A stretch of DNA of 64,000 nt from a virus. Of the stretch, positions 38,388 to 47,815 are shown piece by piece; within the stretch, counting starts at the first letter, position 1; each line of letters begins with the position of its first letter. Both the position numbers and the translations under genes were made by a program. The notes under the pieces are model-generated. The model did no database searches. It worked only from the letters and a program-made list of their open reading frames with translations, and was not told where the DNA came from. The stretch spans positions 1 through 64,000 of IMG/VR virus record IMGVR_UViG_3300047409_000574; one strand, 5' to 3'.

Positions 38388-40339
38388 TGGCTCGGGGCGT
38401 GCTGCATCTCGCGCCCGGCCTGAGCCTGCCGCTCGACGCGGTCACGCGCACGTTCGGCATCTTCGGGCAGCGCGGAACCGGCAAGTCCTCGACCGGCGCG
38501 GTGTTGATCGAGCAGAGCGTTCGGCTGGGCGGTCGGGCGGTGCTTCTCGACCCGACGGGAGTGCACTTCGGGCTGACGCGCGAGGGCACCGAGCCGGGCC
38601 TGCCGGGCGTCGTGCTCGGCGGTGAGCATGCAGATGCGCCGTTGGAGCCGCACGCCGGTGGGCTGGTCGCCGAGTTCGTGGTCGGCTCGGACTACCCGCT
38701 GGTCGTGCTCGACATGAAGCTGCTGCGCAAGCATCAGCGCCAGCACTTCGCGATGGAGTTGCTGGAGGCGCTCTACCACGACAACCGCGATCCGCTGCTG
38801 GTGGTGTTCGACGAGGCGGCGCAGTTCGCCCCGCAGCAGATGCGGGAGGGCGGCGAGGTGCCGCGTCTGCTCGGCGCGGTCGAGGACTTGGTCAAGCTCG
38901 GCCGGTCGCGCGGGCTGGGCGCGGTGATGATCGAGCAGCGCATCGCGACGTTGAACGCGAACGTGCGCGAGCAGATCGAAACGATGATCGCGCACCGGCT
39001 GGTCGGCCCGTTGGATCGCAAGGCGCTCAAGGAGTGGATCGCGGCGAACGGGGAGCCGGAGCGGGAGGCGGAGGCGATGGCGCTGGTGCCGAAGCTCGAC
39101 GCGGGCGAGGCGCTGGTGTGGTCGCCGTCGTTCCTCAAGTTCTTCGGGCGGGTGGCGATGAACCGGGCGACGACGTTCGACTCGCGGGCGACGCCGGAGG
39201 TTGGCAAGGCGCGCAAGAAGCTGACGGCGCGTGCGCCGGTTGATCTCGACGGGCTGCGTGTGCGGATGGCGGCGACGATTGAGGAGGCGGAGCGCAACGA
39301 TCCGAAGGTGCTGCGCTCGAAGCTTGCGGTGGCGGAGCGCAAGCTGGCCGACGTGTCGGCGCAACTCTCCGAGCTTCAAGCCTGGGCGGATGAACTCGGG
39401 AGGTCGGGTGGGGAGAGCGCGGCCGAGGAGGTCGTGAACGTCTACATGCTCGCGAAGCGCTACGTCGGGTTCTCCTGCGATCTCGTGGACGAGGTGCGTG
39501 CGCTCGGCGCGCAGAACGGCAAGCCGGTGCTCGACGAGGAGATGCTCAGGCTGCTGTTCGATCACGTGCGCGCCGTGGAGAACGCCGCCGACCGCACGAC
39601 CGAGGTGTACGAGAAGCTGCGCGAGGTGATGTACCCGCTCGCGTCGAACGTGAAGGATGCGCTGGATCGACATACACTCACCCAGTCTCGCCCCGCCGTT
39701 CCTTCGCGACTAAACGCCACGACACGGCGACAGCCGGAGCGTGAGGTCATTAGCCCAACGGCCCCTCGCGTAGCCCGGCCCGTGCCGGAGGCCGCCCATG
39801 ACAGGGGCGCGTCTGGCGGGGCGAGTACCTCTCTGACCGGCCCGGAGCAGCGGGTGCTCGACGCGGTCTACTGGTACGAGGCGCTCGGGATCATGCAGCC
39901 GACCCGGATCATGGTCGGCTTCATCGCGGGCTACCGGGTCTCGAAGAAGGGTGGCGGCACATTCTCGAACGTGCTGTCGGCGCTCAAGAACACCGAGGTG
40001 CCGCTGATCGACTATCCGGGCACCGGAGTGGTGGCGTTGACCGAGGCCGGGCGTGCGCTCGCGAACGATCCAGGGATCGAGGCGACGAACCGGGGCGTGC
40101 AGGAGGCGGTGCTGGCGCGCCTGGACGGGCCGGAGCAGCGGACGCTGCGCATCCTGATTGATCGCTGGCCGAATCCGTTGAGCCGGATCGACCTGGGCAC
40201 GGAGGCGGGCTACACGGTGACGGCGAAGGGCGGCGGGACGTTCTCGAACGTGCTCAGTCGGCTGCGCACGCTCGGTGTGATCGACTATCCCGGCACGGGG
40301 CTGGCGGTTGCAACCGAGGTGCTGTTCCCGTTAGGCTGA
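38387..40339 (+). CDS. HerA/FtsK-family ATPase with two C-terminal wHTH-like repeats
   Basis: GQRGTGKS, LDPTG, VFDEA, GRSRGLG...QR. Confidence 0.85.
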   Translation: MARGVLHLAPGLSLPLDAVTRTFGIFGQRGTGKSSTGAVLIEQSVRLGGRAVLLDPTGVHFGLTREGTEPGLPGVVLGGEHADAPLEPHAGGLVAEFVVGSDYPLVVLDMKLLRKHQRQHFAMELLEALYHDNRDPLLVVFDEAAQFAPQQMREGGEVPRLLGAVEDLVKLGRSRGLGAVMIEQRIATLNANVREQIETMIAHRLVGPLDRKALKEWIAANGEPEREAEAMALVPKLDAGEALVWSPSFLKFFGRVAMNRATTFDSRATPEVGKARKKLTARAPVDLDGLRVRMAATIEEAERNDPKVLRSKLAVAERKLADVSAQLSELQAWADELGRSGGESAAEEVVNVYMLAKRYVGFSCDLVDEVRALGAQNGKPVLDEEMLRLLFDHVRAVENAADRTTEVYEKLREVMYPLASNVKDALDRHTLTQSRPAVPSRLNATTRRQPEREVISPTAPRVARPVPEAAHDRGASGGASTSLTGPEQRVLDAVYWYEALGIMQPTRIMVGFIAGYRVSKKGGGTFSNVLSALKNTEVPLIDYPGTGVVALTEAGRALANDPGIEATNRGVQEAVLARLDGPEQRTLRILIDRWPNPLSRIDLGTEAGYTVTAKGGGTFSNVLSRLRTLGVIDYPGTGLAVATEVLFPLG

Positions 40340-40528
40340 CAAGGGTCGGGTGTTAGCTGGGGCGAGGCAGCACGGGCCGATCCCAGTTCTCCCCTAGTGA
40401 ACGGGGGAGGTAGGCCATGCGAGCCGCCCGAGGGTGTGAGGGTAGCTCCCTCTCGTGGCCGTCCCGGCGTGTCCGTGTCCTCGTCGCCGGGGCGGCGGCC
40501 TGTAAAGCCACCGGAGTTTGCTACCCCG

Positions 40529-40537
40529 TGCTACACT
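40529..40537 (+). promoter_or_regulatory. Extended -10 promoter
   Basis: TG-C-TACACT; TGCTACACTGAGCG is identical at 45380. Confidence 0.55.
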
Positions 40538-40590
40538 GAGCGCATGCGGCGGGCGTCTGTGCTCACCGCTTCCGACCTGGAGGTAGAGGA

Positions 40591-41577
40591 ATGGCGAGCA
40601 CGATCAGGACGATCAAGCTGGTCTGCGGCGGACTCGCGTTCGATGTGGCGCTGCGTGGGGCGAGCGAGAAGCGGGATGTGACGCTCGACCGGGCGGCGGC
40701 GTCGTTCGTCGGTGGCTCGGAGGACGATCCCGCTGCGCTGGTCGAGGTTGCCAAGCGCATCTGCCGGATCGACGTGGTCGATCCCGGCCCGGACGCGGAG
40801 GGTCTGACGATCGAGCGGCTCTCTCGGAAGAAGGGCAAGATCGAGCAGCAGCAGTTCTACGGTGAGCCGCTGCGCGGGGTCTGGGACGGCGACGAGTTCC
40901 ACAAGATCGAGCCGGAGGAGATCGAACTGATCGACGACATGACCCGGCTCGACACACTCACCTTTCAGGAGTTCGTGCTGGCCGCCGACGTGCCGTGGGA
41001 GCGCGCGGTCGCGAGCTACTTCCTGCTCCCGGCGAACGGCACCGTGTCGGAGCAGACCAAGATGGTCACGCTGCGCGAGGCGATGGAGCGCCGGGGGGTG
41101 GTGGCGGTCGCGAAGCTGATGCCGAAGTCGCGGCAGAAGCTCGCGGTGATCTACCCGAAGCACGGCGGGCTGATGGTCACCTGTCTCGCCTACGCCGACA
41201 CGTACGCGCAGGTGCTCGACGGTGCCGCGTCGCTCGACGGGGTGGTCGTGCCCGACAAGGCGGTTGCGCTGGCCGAGCAGTTGATCGGCCTGATGCTCAA
41301 GCCCGCGTCGGTGCTGGACGAGTACCGCGACGATCTGATCGACCTCAAGGCTGACCTGGTGGAGCGCGCGAAGCTCGGCGAGCCGCTGGTCGATCCCGAG
41401 GTGGACGTGGACGTGGACGGCGACGAGGTTGCGACGGTTCCGGCTCCGACAGCGCTGGAGGACTTGCTCCAGGCGACGCTCGATGCGCTCAAGCCGAAGG
41501 TGGCACCGAAGAAGAAATCGACGGCGAAGAAGCCGTCTGTCAAGTCTCCCTCCAGGAGAACGGCCGCCACGAAGTAA
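40591..41577 (+). CDS. ku: Ku-like DNA end-binding protein
   Basis: IEPEEI, YFL.P, L.EAM..VAVAK..RQ.LA.I.P...L....L.YAD, LAEQLI, EYRD, basic tail. Confidence 0.8.
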   Translation: MASTIRTIKLVCGGLAFDVALRGASEKRDVTLDRAAASFVGGSEDDPAALVEVAKRICRIDVVDPGPDAEGLTIERLSRKKGKIEQQQFYGEPLRGVWDGDEFHKIEPEEIELIDDMTRLDTLTFQEFVLAADVPWERAVASYFLLPANGTVSEQTKMVTLREAMERRGVVAVAKLMPKSRQKLAVIYPKHGGLMVTCLAYADTYAQVLDGAASLDGVVVPDKAVALAEQLIGLMLKPASVLDEYRDDLIDLKADLVERAKLGEPLVDPEVDVDVDGDEVATVPAPTALEDLLQATLDALKPKVAPKKKSTAKKPSVKSPSRRTAATK

Positions 41578-41726
41578 ACGGTCAGGCGGCCGTAGGGCGC
41601 GTTGCGGAATTGCGCGCCCACTACACACAGGTCAGGGGTCGTCCTAACGGGCGGCCCTTGTCCGTTCCGGCGCGCTTCTATACACTCGCGTTTGCTTACG
41701 TTCCCGACCGCGAAGCGGAGGTAGAG

Positions 41727-42029
41727 ATGGCAGAGGATGAAGCCCCGGCGGAGGTGCCTGTCGCGCCGACCGGCCCGCCACCCAAGACGTTCGAGGTGGT
41801 GACGACCGCGCAGACCGAGCGCCGGTTCATCGTGCAGGCGAAGGACGAGGAGCAGGCGAAGGCGCGCTGGAAGGTGCACAACAAGGACTCGGAGACGTTG
41901 CGGGAGGGGATCGTTGTCGAGGCGGATGAGCAGATCGACACGACGCCCAGGCAGATCAGAGAGGTGCACCCTTATCCGAGGCCGCAGCAGCCGAGCGCGC
42001 CGACGACTCCGCGATCCAGGAAGAAGTAG
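41727..42029 (+). CDS. Hypothetical protein
   Basis: GGAGG RBS; TACACT upstream at 41681. Confidence 0.65.
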   Translation: MAEDEAPAEVPVAPTGPPPKTFEVVTTAQTERRFIVQAKDEEQAKARWKVHNKDSETLREGIVVEADEQIDTTPRQIREVHPYPRPQQPSAPTTPRSRKK

Positions 42030-42259
42030 TGGTGGAGAACCAGCACGAGAAAATCACCGGCTACCGTGATTTGTCCCAGGAGGAGATCGACTTGATGAAC
42101 GAGATCAAGGCGCTCGGCATTCAGGTCGGCGAGTTGGTTGAGAAGCTGCGCGAGTTCGCCGGTCTCGATCAGCGCTGGGTGAGCATCGGGCAGACCAACG
42201 TGCAGTTGGGGTTTATGGGCCTGGTCAGAAGCGTGGCGCAGCCGACCACGTTCGTCTGA
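42029..42259 (+). CDS. acb2: Anti-CBASS sponge Acb2
   Basis: ENQHEKITGYRDLSQEEIDLMNEIK...RW.SIG.T..Q.G.M..VR.VAQP..F closely matches the Acb2 signature. Confidence 0.9.
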   Translation: MVENQHEKITGYRDLSQEEIDLMNEIKALGIQVGELVEKLREFAGLDQRWVSIGQTNVQLGFMGLVRSVAQPTTFV

Positions 42260-42263
42260 AAGG

Positions 42264-42300
42264 ATGCGCGGCGGGTGAACGCGACCTACCCGCCGTGCAT
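42264..42300 (+). terminator. Stem-loop after acb2
   Basis: ATGCGCGGCGGGT...ACCCGCCGTGCAT. Confidence 0.5.
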
Positions 42301-42332
42301 ACAACTTTGCTTGCCGGGTACACTCAGGGGCC

Positions 42333-42950
42333 GTGACGACGAAGGGTGAGCCGAAGCCGCCGAAGAAGCCGACCGGCGCGCGCGGTGCGGGCAAGAGCAC
42401 GCGTCCTGCGCTGCCGTCCCGGAAGAAGCCCAAGTCCACCCTGCGTCGTCCCACGCTGGCCGAGGCCATCGCGCGCAACAGGAAGGTGGTCGAGTTACGG
42501 CTGATGGAGCACAAGACCTGGCGGCAGATCGCCGAGGAAGTCGGCGTGAACGAGATGACAGCCCGGACGGGCTACCGCACCTATGTGGAGGAGATCGCCC
42601 CGCTGATCGACTCGGAGGACGCGTTCGAGAAGGCCCGCGAGTTCCTGCTCAAGCTGGAGGGCATCCAGTCGAAGTTCGCGGCGGTGGCGGCCGGGTCGAA
42701 CCACGAGATGGTGAAGATCGCGGCGCTCCGCTCTCTGGTCGATGCGATGTGGAAAGAGGTGGAGCTTCGCCAGCATCTCGGGCTGCTGCCGTCTGACCTG
42801 GCCGGGCTGGCGGACGAGACCGAGGCGCGCTGGGTGGCCCAGCAGGTAGTCGCCCTGCTCAGGAAGTACGGCGCACCGCAGAAGGCAATCACCGAGCTTC
42901 ACGAGATCATGCGGGTGCCCGAGCCGCCGCGCGCCCTGTCGGCGGTCTAG
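42333..42950 (+). CDS. terS: Terminase small subunit (putative)
   Basis: HTH (TWRQIAEEVGV) plus helices ending LGL; directly upstream of TerL. Confidence 0.7.
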   Translation: MTTKGEPKPPKKPTGARGAGKSTRPALPSRKKPKSTLRRPTLAEAIARNRKVVELRLMEHKTWRQIAEEVGVNEMTARTGYRTYVEEIAPLIDSEDAFEKAREFLLKLEGIQSKFAAVAAGSNHEMVKIAALRSLVDAMWKEVELRQHLGLLPSDLAGLADETEARWVAQQVVALLRKYGAPQKAITELHEIMRVPEPPRALSAV

Positions 42951-44764
42951 TGCCGGTCAAGCGGGTGGCGGTGCTCGACCGGCCGCTCGCGTTCCAGACG
43001 CGGCGCACCGGCCCGCGTGCGGCGTTGCGGAGCGAGACCGCGCCGGTGGAAGCACCGCAGGAGGAGAAGCCGCTCTCGTTCCTGGAGTGGTCGCGGCGTA
43101 TCCCGACGGCGAAGGGCAACCTACTCGACTTCGACCGGTTCCCGTTCCAGCCGGAGATGTATCAGGTGTTCGGCGACCAGGAGGTAAAGGACGCTGATCT
43201 GATGAAAAGCGTGCAGGTCGGCGCGTCGGAGATGCTCGCACGTCTGACGCTTTACTTCCCCGACACGCTTGGTTTGACGGCGTTGTACGTGTTCCCAGCG
43301 CTCAAACAGATGTACGACTGGAGCGACACTCGGATCAACCCGCTGCGCGAGCAGAGCAGCTATCTCCAGTCGCGCACGAAGCAGTTACCTGATTGGGCGT
43401 GGAACAAAGGCTTGAAACGCGTGGGCCAAGGATTTTGTGTGTATCGAGGCTCGGAGTCGAAGAATGATCTGATCTCGGTGGACGCCGACCTGGTCGCGAT
43501 GGACGAGTACGACTCGTTGCATCCGCCGAACATCCCGGAGGCGGAGCGCCGGATCAGCGGGTCGGCGTGGGGGCTGATCCGCCGGGTCGGCATCCCATCC
43601 GATCCCGAATATGGAATCGCGAAGCGCTACGCCGCATCGGATCGTCGCTCGTGGATGGTGAAGTGCGGATGCAAGGAGGGCTGGCAGCCGCTCGTGTTCT
43701 CCCTGAACGTGGAGTGGGAGGAGGACGGTGAGGCGATCGAGAACCCGCGGGTGGTCTGCAAGCGCTGCCGCAAGCCGCTCGACGTGCTCAAGGGGAAGTG
43801 GGTGAAGGAGCACCCGGATCGCTCCCGGCCGGGCTTCCATGTGCACCGGCTGATGGTGCCGGGCGAGCGCGGGTTGCGCGCGGTGATCGAGGCTTCCAAG
43901 CTGCGCGAGCCGCACTTGGTCAAGAGCTTCTACAACAATGATCTAGGGATGCCGCACGCCGACAAGACCGGCGGGCTGGATCGTGCGGCCATCGCGGCGG
44001 CGCTGTCGGCGGCGGAGTCGTTCTACGGCGGCCCGTTGGAGCAGGTCGGCGGCTACCGGGGGCCGAACTATGTGACGGCCGGTGTGGATGTGGCGAGCGC
44101 GCGCGCGTTGAGCGTGCGGATCAGCGAGCACCTCGACCCGTTCGAGGTGGTCGGGCATCGCAAGCGCGCGCTCTTTATCGGCGAGGTGGACAGCTTCAAC
44201 GATCTGCCGATGCTGATGGATCACTACGGCGTGCACATCATGGTGATCGACCATCTGCCGGAGATGCGGCTGGCGCTCGGGATGGCGGAGCGCTATCCCG
44301 GCCGCGTGTATGTGTGTCACTACTCGTCCAATCAGTTCGAGCCGCTCGTGCTTGACACTGAGCAGCGCAAGGTGAGTGTGCAGCGCACGCCGGTGATGGA
44401 TGCGGTGATCTCGGTGATGCGGGGGCTGCGTAACTTCCTCCCGGCGGACTTGCCGGTGAAGTACGTGGAGCATATGATCGCGCCGCGCCGGGTGATCGAA
44501 CGCGACGAGTACGACCGCACGACGGTGCGCTACGAGTCGAAGGGGCCGGATGATGCGTTCCACGCAGAGGTCTACGATCTGGTCGCCACCGAAGTTCTCA
44601 AGATCAGGATGGAAGTAGAAGCTGCGACTGCTGGCCCCGAGATCACGTCGTTGGACGACCAACTCGAATGGGAGCGGAGCAACGTAAACAGTCTGGACGA
44701 GATGGGGTATCGCGCTGGCCCCGACATGTCGTATCGTCCAGGCCCGGATGGCGACGGTTACTGA
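42950..44764 (+). CDS. terL: Terminase large subunit, lambda gpA-like
   Basis: PFQ.E, KS.QVG.SE, LYVFP, DEYD, SD.R.W.V.C, CxxC, FYN..LG.P, AGVDV. Confidence 0.9.
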   Translation: MPVKRVAVLDRPLAFQTRRTGPRAALRSETAPVEAPQEEKPLSFLEWSRRIPTAKGNLLDFDRFPFQPEMYQVFGDQEVKDADLMKSVQVGASEMLARLTLYFPDTLGLTALYVFPALKQMYDWSDTRINPLREQSSYLQSRTKQLPDWAWNKGLKRVGQGFCVYRGSESKNDLISVDADLVAMDEYDSLHPPNIPEAERRISGSAWGLIRRVGIPSDPEYGIAKRYAASDRRSWMVKCGCKEGWQPLVFSLNVEWEEDGEAIENPRVVCKRCRKPLDVLKGKWVKEHPDRSRPGFHVHRLMVPGERGLRAVIEASKLREPHLVKSFYNNDLGMPHADKTGGLDRAAIAAALSAAESFYGGPLEQVGGYRGPNYVTAGVDVASARALSVRISEHLDPFEVVGHRKRALFIGEVDSFNDLPMLMDHYGVHIMVIDHLPEMRLALGMAERYPGRVYVCHYSSNQFEPLVLDTEQRKVSVQRTPVMDAVISVMRGLRNFLPADLPVKYVEHMIAPRRVIERDEYDRTTVRYESKGPDDAFHAEVYDLVATEVLKIRMEVEAATAGPEITSLDDQLEWERSNVNSLDEMGYRAGPDMSYRPGPDGDGY

Positions 44765-45368
44765 GCGGCTCTGGTCGAAGATCGACGTGCGCGGGCCGGA
44801 TGAGTGCTGGCCGTGGACGAGGGGCAAGACGAGCGCGGGTTACGGCCAACTGCGCGTGGCGGGGAAGTTGTTGTATGCGCACCGCCTGGTGAGCGAGGAT
44901 CGAGGGGGGCCGTTGCCGTCGAACGTGGTCGTGCGCCATTCGTGCGACAACCCTCCGTGCTGCAATCCGAAGCATCTTCTGCGTGGGACGCAACGCGACA
45001 ACGTGATGGACATGTTCGAGCGCGGACGCGCGAACCACACGACGCTACGCGGGGAGAAGAGCGGGACGGCGAAGCTCACCGCCGACCAGGTCATGGCCGC
45101 TCGACACGCGTATGCGTCCGGGGCGGCGACGTTTGAGGGACTGGCGGCGGAGTACGGCGTGGTTATGGCGGCGATGTGGAACGCAGTCAACGGCATGACC
45201 TGGTCGCACCTGCCGCTGGTGAAGCGGGCGACGAAGAAGCGAGGTCGGGGGCTGTGCGAGTGCGGGTGTGGCGCTCGTGCTCCGATCGCGAAGATGACGA
45301 ACACGAAGAAGGGTCACGTGCGCGGGAGGCCAGTCAGGTTCATACGCGGCCACCATGCTCGACACTAG
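44748..45368 (+). CDS. HNH endonuclease
   Basis: CWPW..GYG..AHR..VRHSCDNPPCCNPKHL..GT..DN; overlaps the terL 3' end. Confidence 0.9.
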   Translation: MATVTERLWSKIDVRGPDECWPWTRGKTSAGYGQLRVAGKLLYAHRLVSEDRGGPLPSNVVVRHSCDNPPCCNPKHLLRGTQRDNVMDMFERGRANHTTLRGEKSGTAKLTADQVMAARHAYASGAATFEGLAAEYGVVMAAMWNAVNGMTWSHLPLVKRATKKRGRGLCECGCGARAPIAKMTNTKKGHVRGRPVRFIRGHHARH

Positions 45369-45379
45369 CCATCATCGTT

Positions 45380-45388
45380 TGCTACACT
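45380..45388 (+). promoter_or_regulatory. Extended -10 promoter
   Basis: TG-C-TACACT, twin of 40529. Confidence 0.55.
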
Positions 45389-45431
45389 GAGCGGGCACGT
45401 GTGTGTAGTCGAGCGACTGGAGGTAGAGACC

Positions 45432-45860
45432 ATGTCGGAGTTGCAGGAGTGGCTGGAGGGATGCGGCTGCGTGTGTGTGCCGGTCGAGGTGACCATCGGC
45501 CGGACGACCTACGAGGGCGTGCGGTACAAGCAGACGCGCAAGGTGCTGGAGGGCTGCCGGGCCTACACCGAGGGGGAGCGCGAGTACGTGCAGGAGGCGC
45601 TCTACCTGCTGGGTGATCTGCCCGCGACGTACAGGCGCTCGCGCCGGATCGCGTTTCTGATCGACGGGGAGGAGCACGAGTGGTATCTGGCGTCGTGGGT
45701 GACGGACGCGACGGCCAAGTCGGAGCGGTACGGGATGTTCCACTTCGAGGGTCACGCGGCGTTCCAGATCATGCCGTGGAGCGTCGGCGGGAAGATCGAC
45801 GAGCACGAGGAGCGGCCCTACCGCCGGGTGGCGATCCGGGTTGCCGAGCCGGTGGCGTAG
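45432..45860 (+). CDS. Hypothetical protein
   Basis: GGAGGTAGAG RBS. Confidence 0.65.
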   Translation: MSELQEWLEGCGCVCVPVEVTIGRTTYEGVRYKQTRKVLEGCRAYTEGEREYVQEALYLLGDLPATYRRSRRIAFLIDGEEHEWYLASWVTDATAKSERYGMFHFEGHAAFQIMPWSVGGKIDEHEERPYRRVAIRVAEPVA

Positions 45861-46469
45861 ATGGTGAAGCTGCGGAAGATCAACGCGGGCAGGTACGTGA
45901 CGCTCGACGGCCGCTACGAGATCGACCAGCAGCCCTACGAGCGGGAGTGCGACTGTGTCGCCTGCCAGGTTGGGGGTATCTGCGCGCACGGTGGGACTGC
46001 AACTGACTGGTTCTGGATCATTTGGGACACTGAGACGGATGACTACGCCGACGGGACGCACCTATCGTCGTTTGACACGTTGCGCGAAGCCAAGGAGTGG
46101 CTCGCGCCGATGGTCGCGACGCTGAACGAGGGCGTCACGCCGGAGTACGAGAAGCCGCTGGTTCGCGCGGAGCGCGAGCCGGTCAAGGCGAGCGAGCATG
46201 TCGGCACCGAGGGCGGCACGCTCGCCGCGTCACTCACGGTCGAGCAGGCGATCCCGCTGGTCACGAAGTACGGCGAGGCGACGCTCTACCGCTTGACCGA
46301 TGCGGACGGCAACACGTTCAAGTGGATCACGAAGTCTGACGAGTACGGCGAGGGCGACCGGCTGACGGCGACCTGGACGATCAAGGAGCACGGCGAGTGG
46401 AAGGGCGTCAAGGAGACGGCGGTGAAGCTCCCGTCCGGCCTGGTGGTCGAGGCGGGGGTGGCGGCATGA
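45861..46469 (+). CDS. Protein with CxCxxC motif and C-terminal OB-fold-like domain
   Basis: SEHVGT..D.DGN.FKW..K.H.E.KG.KET. Confidence 0.7.
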   Translation: MVKLRKINAGRYVTLDGRYEIDQQPYERECDCVACQVGGICAHGGTATDWFWIIWDTETDDYADGTHLSSFDTLREAKEWLAPMVATLNEGVTPEYEKPLVRAEREPVKASEHVGTEGGTLAASLTVEQAIPLVTKYGEATLYRLTDADGNTFKWITKSDEYGEGDRLTATWTIKEHGEWKGVKETAVKLPSGLVVEAGVAA

Positions 46470-46852
46470 AGATGCTGGTCTACAACGAGAAGGAGCGTGT
46501 CTGGGATGTGCCGAGCCTCCACGGCTACGCGCATCCCGTTGACAACGGCTACCACTTCCAGACTTATCTGGGCGACGGGTCGATCACCGTCGAGGGTGGT
46601 AGAGCCGACGACCTCGACCATGTGCTGGCGAAGATGGTCGAGCGCGGCATCCCCCACTCTCGCCTTGTGAAGCTCCCGAACTACGAGGGCTACCAGTACG
46701 AGCCGCTGGGCATGCGGATCGTGGACGACTATCGCGGGCCGGGTGGCGCGACGTTCAAGACGGAGTTCGAGGGGCACACGCTCAAGCTCGGGCTGCTCAA
46801 GAACTTCCGCGCCCTGCTCTATGGGTTGCACCTTGCGGGCGGATCGAAATGA
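46466..46852 (+). CDS. Hypothetical protein
   Basis: ATGA overlap; followed by a hairpin at about 46854-46888. Confidence 0.65.
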   Translation: MKMLVYNEKERVWDVPSLHGYAHPVDNGYHFQTYLGDGSITVEGGRADDLDHVLAKMVERGIPHSRLVKLPNYEGYQYEPLGMRIVDDYRGPGGATFKTEFEGHTLKLGLLKNFRALLYGLHLAGGSK

Positions 46853-46922
46853 GAGCGGCGGCCCCGGCCCCACCCGGAAGCCGCCGCCTGACCACTACCA
46901 ACCAGAGAGAGAGGATCGCACA

Positions 46923-47417
46923 ATGACCGGACAGACGATAGGGCTGGCGCTCCCCACGCTTGCCGACGAGGGCGAGGTGCTCGACGCGCTGAACGCAAAG
47001 ATCGCGGAGGAGCGCGACGCGCTGGCGGCGATCGGCCGGGTGCGGCGCGAGCACGAGCGGGCGCTGGCGCGTCTGGAGGCGTCCAGGCGGGCGCTGACCG
47101 GCAAGCAGGTCAGCCGTCGCCCGGCGGTCAAGGCGGAGCGTACGGCGCTCCAGCGCGCCGGGAAGGGCAACGTGGAGAAGGTGCTGGCGTTGCTGCGCCG
47201 GGAGGGCGCGCACACGCGCGGGGAGATCACCCAGAAGCTCGGGATGAACAACGGCACGGTGACTTGGGCGATCCGGCATCTGGAGGAGCAGGGGAAGATC
47301 AAGCGGACGGGTGAGCAGCGGCGCGGCTCGGACGAGTTCCAGATGGCGCTCGTGCGCAGAGCTAAGAAGCGCGAACGTACGGCCGACGGGCTGGTGCGTG
47401 ACCTGACGCCGTCCTGA
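46923..47417 (+). CDS. Coiled-coil + winged HTH protein
   Basis: TRGEITQKLGM..GTV..AI..LE..GKI.R. Confidence 0.75.
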   Translation: MTGQTIGLALPTLADEGEVLDALNAKIAEERDALAAIGRVRREHERALARLEASRRALTGKQVSRRPAVKAERTALQRAGKGNVEKVLALLRREGAHTRGEITQKLGMNNGTVTWAIRHLEEQGKIKRTGEQRRGSDEFQMALVRRAKKRERTADGLVRDLTPS

Positions 47418-47455
47418 GCGGTTCAGGCTGGAAGGATCGGGGGTAGGATCACCCG

Positions 47456-47815
47456 GTGGCTATCGGTCAGATGCGTGAGGCAGGTCGCCCGACGCGGGCG
47501 ATTCGTCTCACCTTCAACCCGAAGGTGACCTGCCCCGCCGGTGACCCGGTGTACGAGAGTCCCGAGGGGTCGGGGGTGCGCTGCGCGATCGAGCGGAACA
47601 CGCTTTCGGCGTTGCGTGATCCGTCCTCGCTTCTGACGTTCTGCCTGTCGCGGTACGACTCGTGTCCGACCTGGGAGTTGGAGAAGCGGCGGGTGGCGGA
47701 TCGGATCGCTCGGGAGCTTGCCGATGATCGCTCGGATCAGATCGAGCGTCCCCCGCTTCCGGCGGCGGTCTCGCTTGGTGGCGAGACCGAGGTCACCTAC
47801 TTCGAGGGTGACTGA
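47456..47815 (+). CDS. Hypothetical protein
   Basis: C...C...FC...Y..CPTW. Confidence 0.55.
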   Translation: MAIGQMREAGRPTRAIRLTFNPKVTCPAGDPVYESPEGSGVRCAIERNTLSALRDPSSLLTFCLSRYDSCPTWELEKRRVADRIARELADDRSDQIERPPLPAAVSLGGETEVTYFEGD

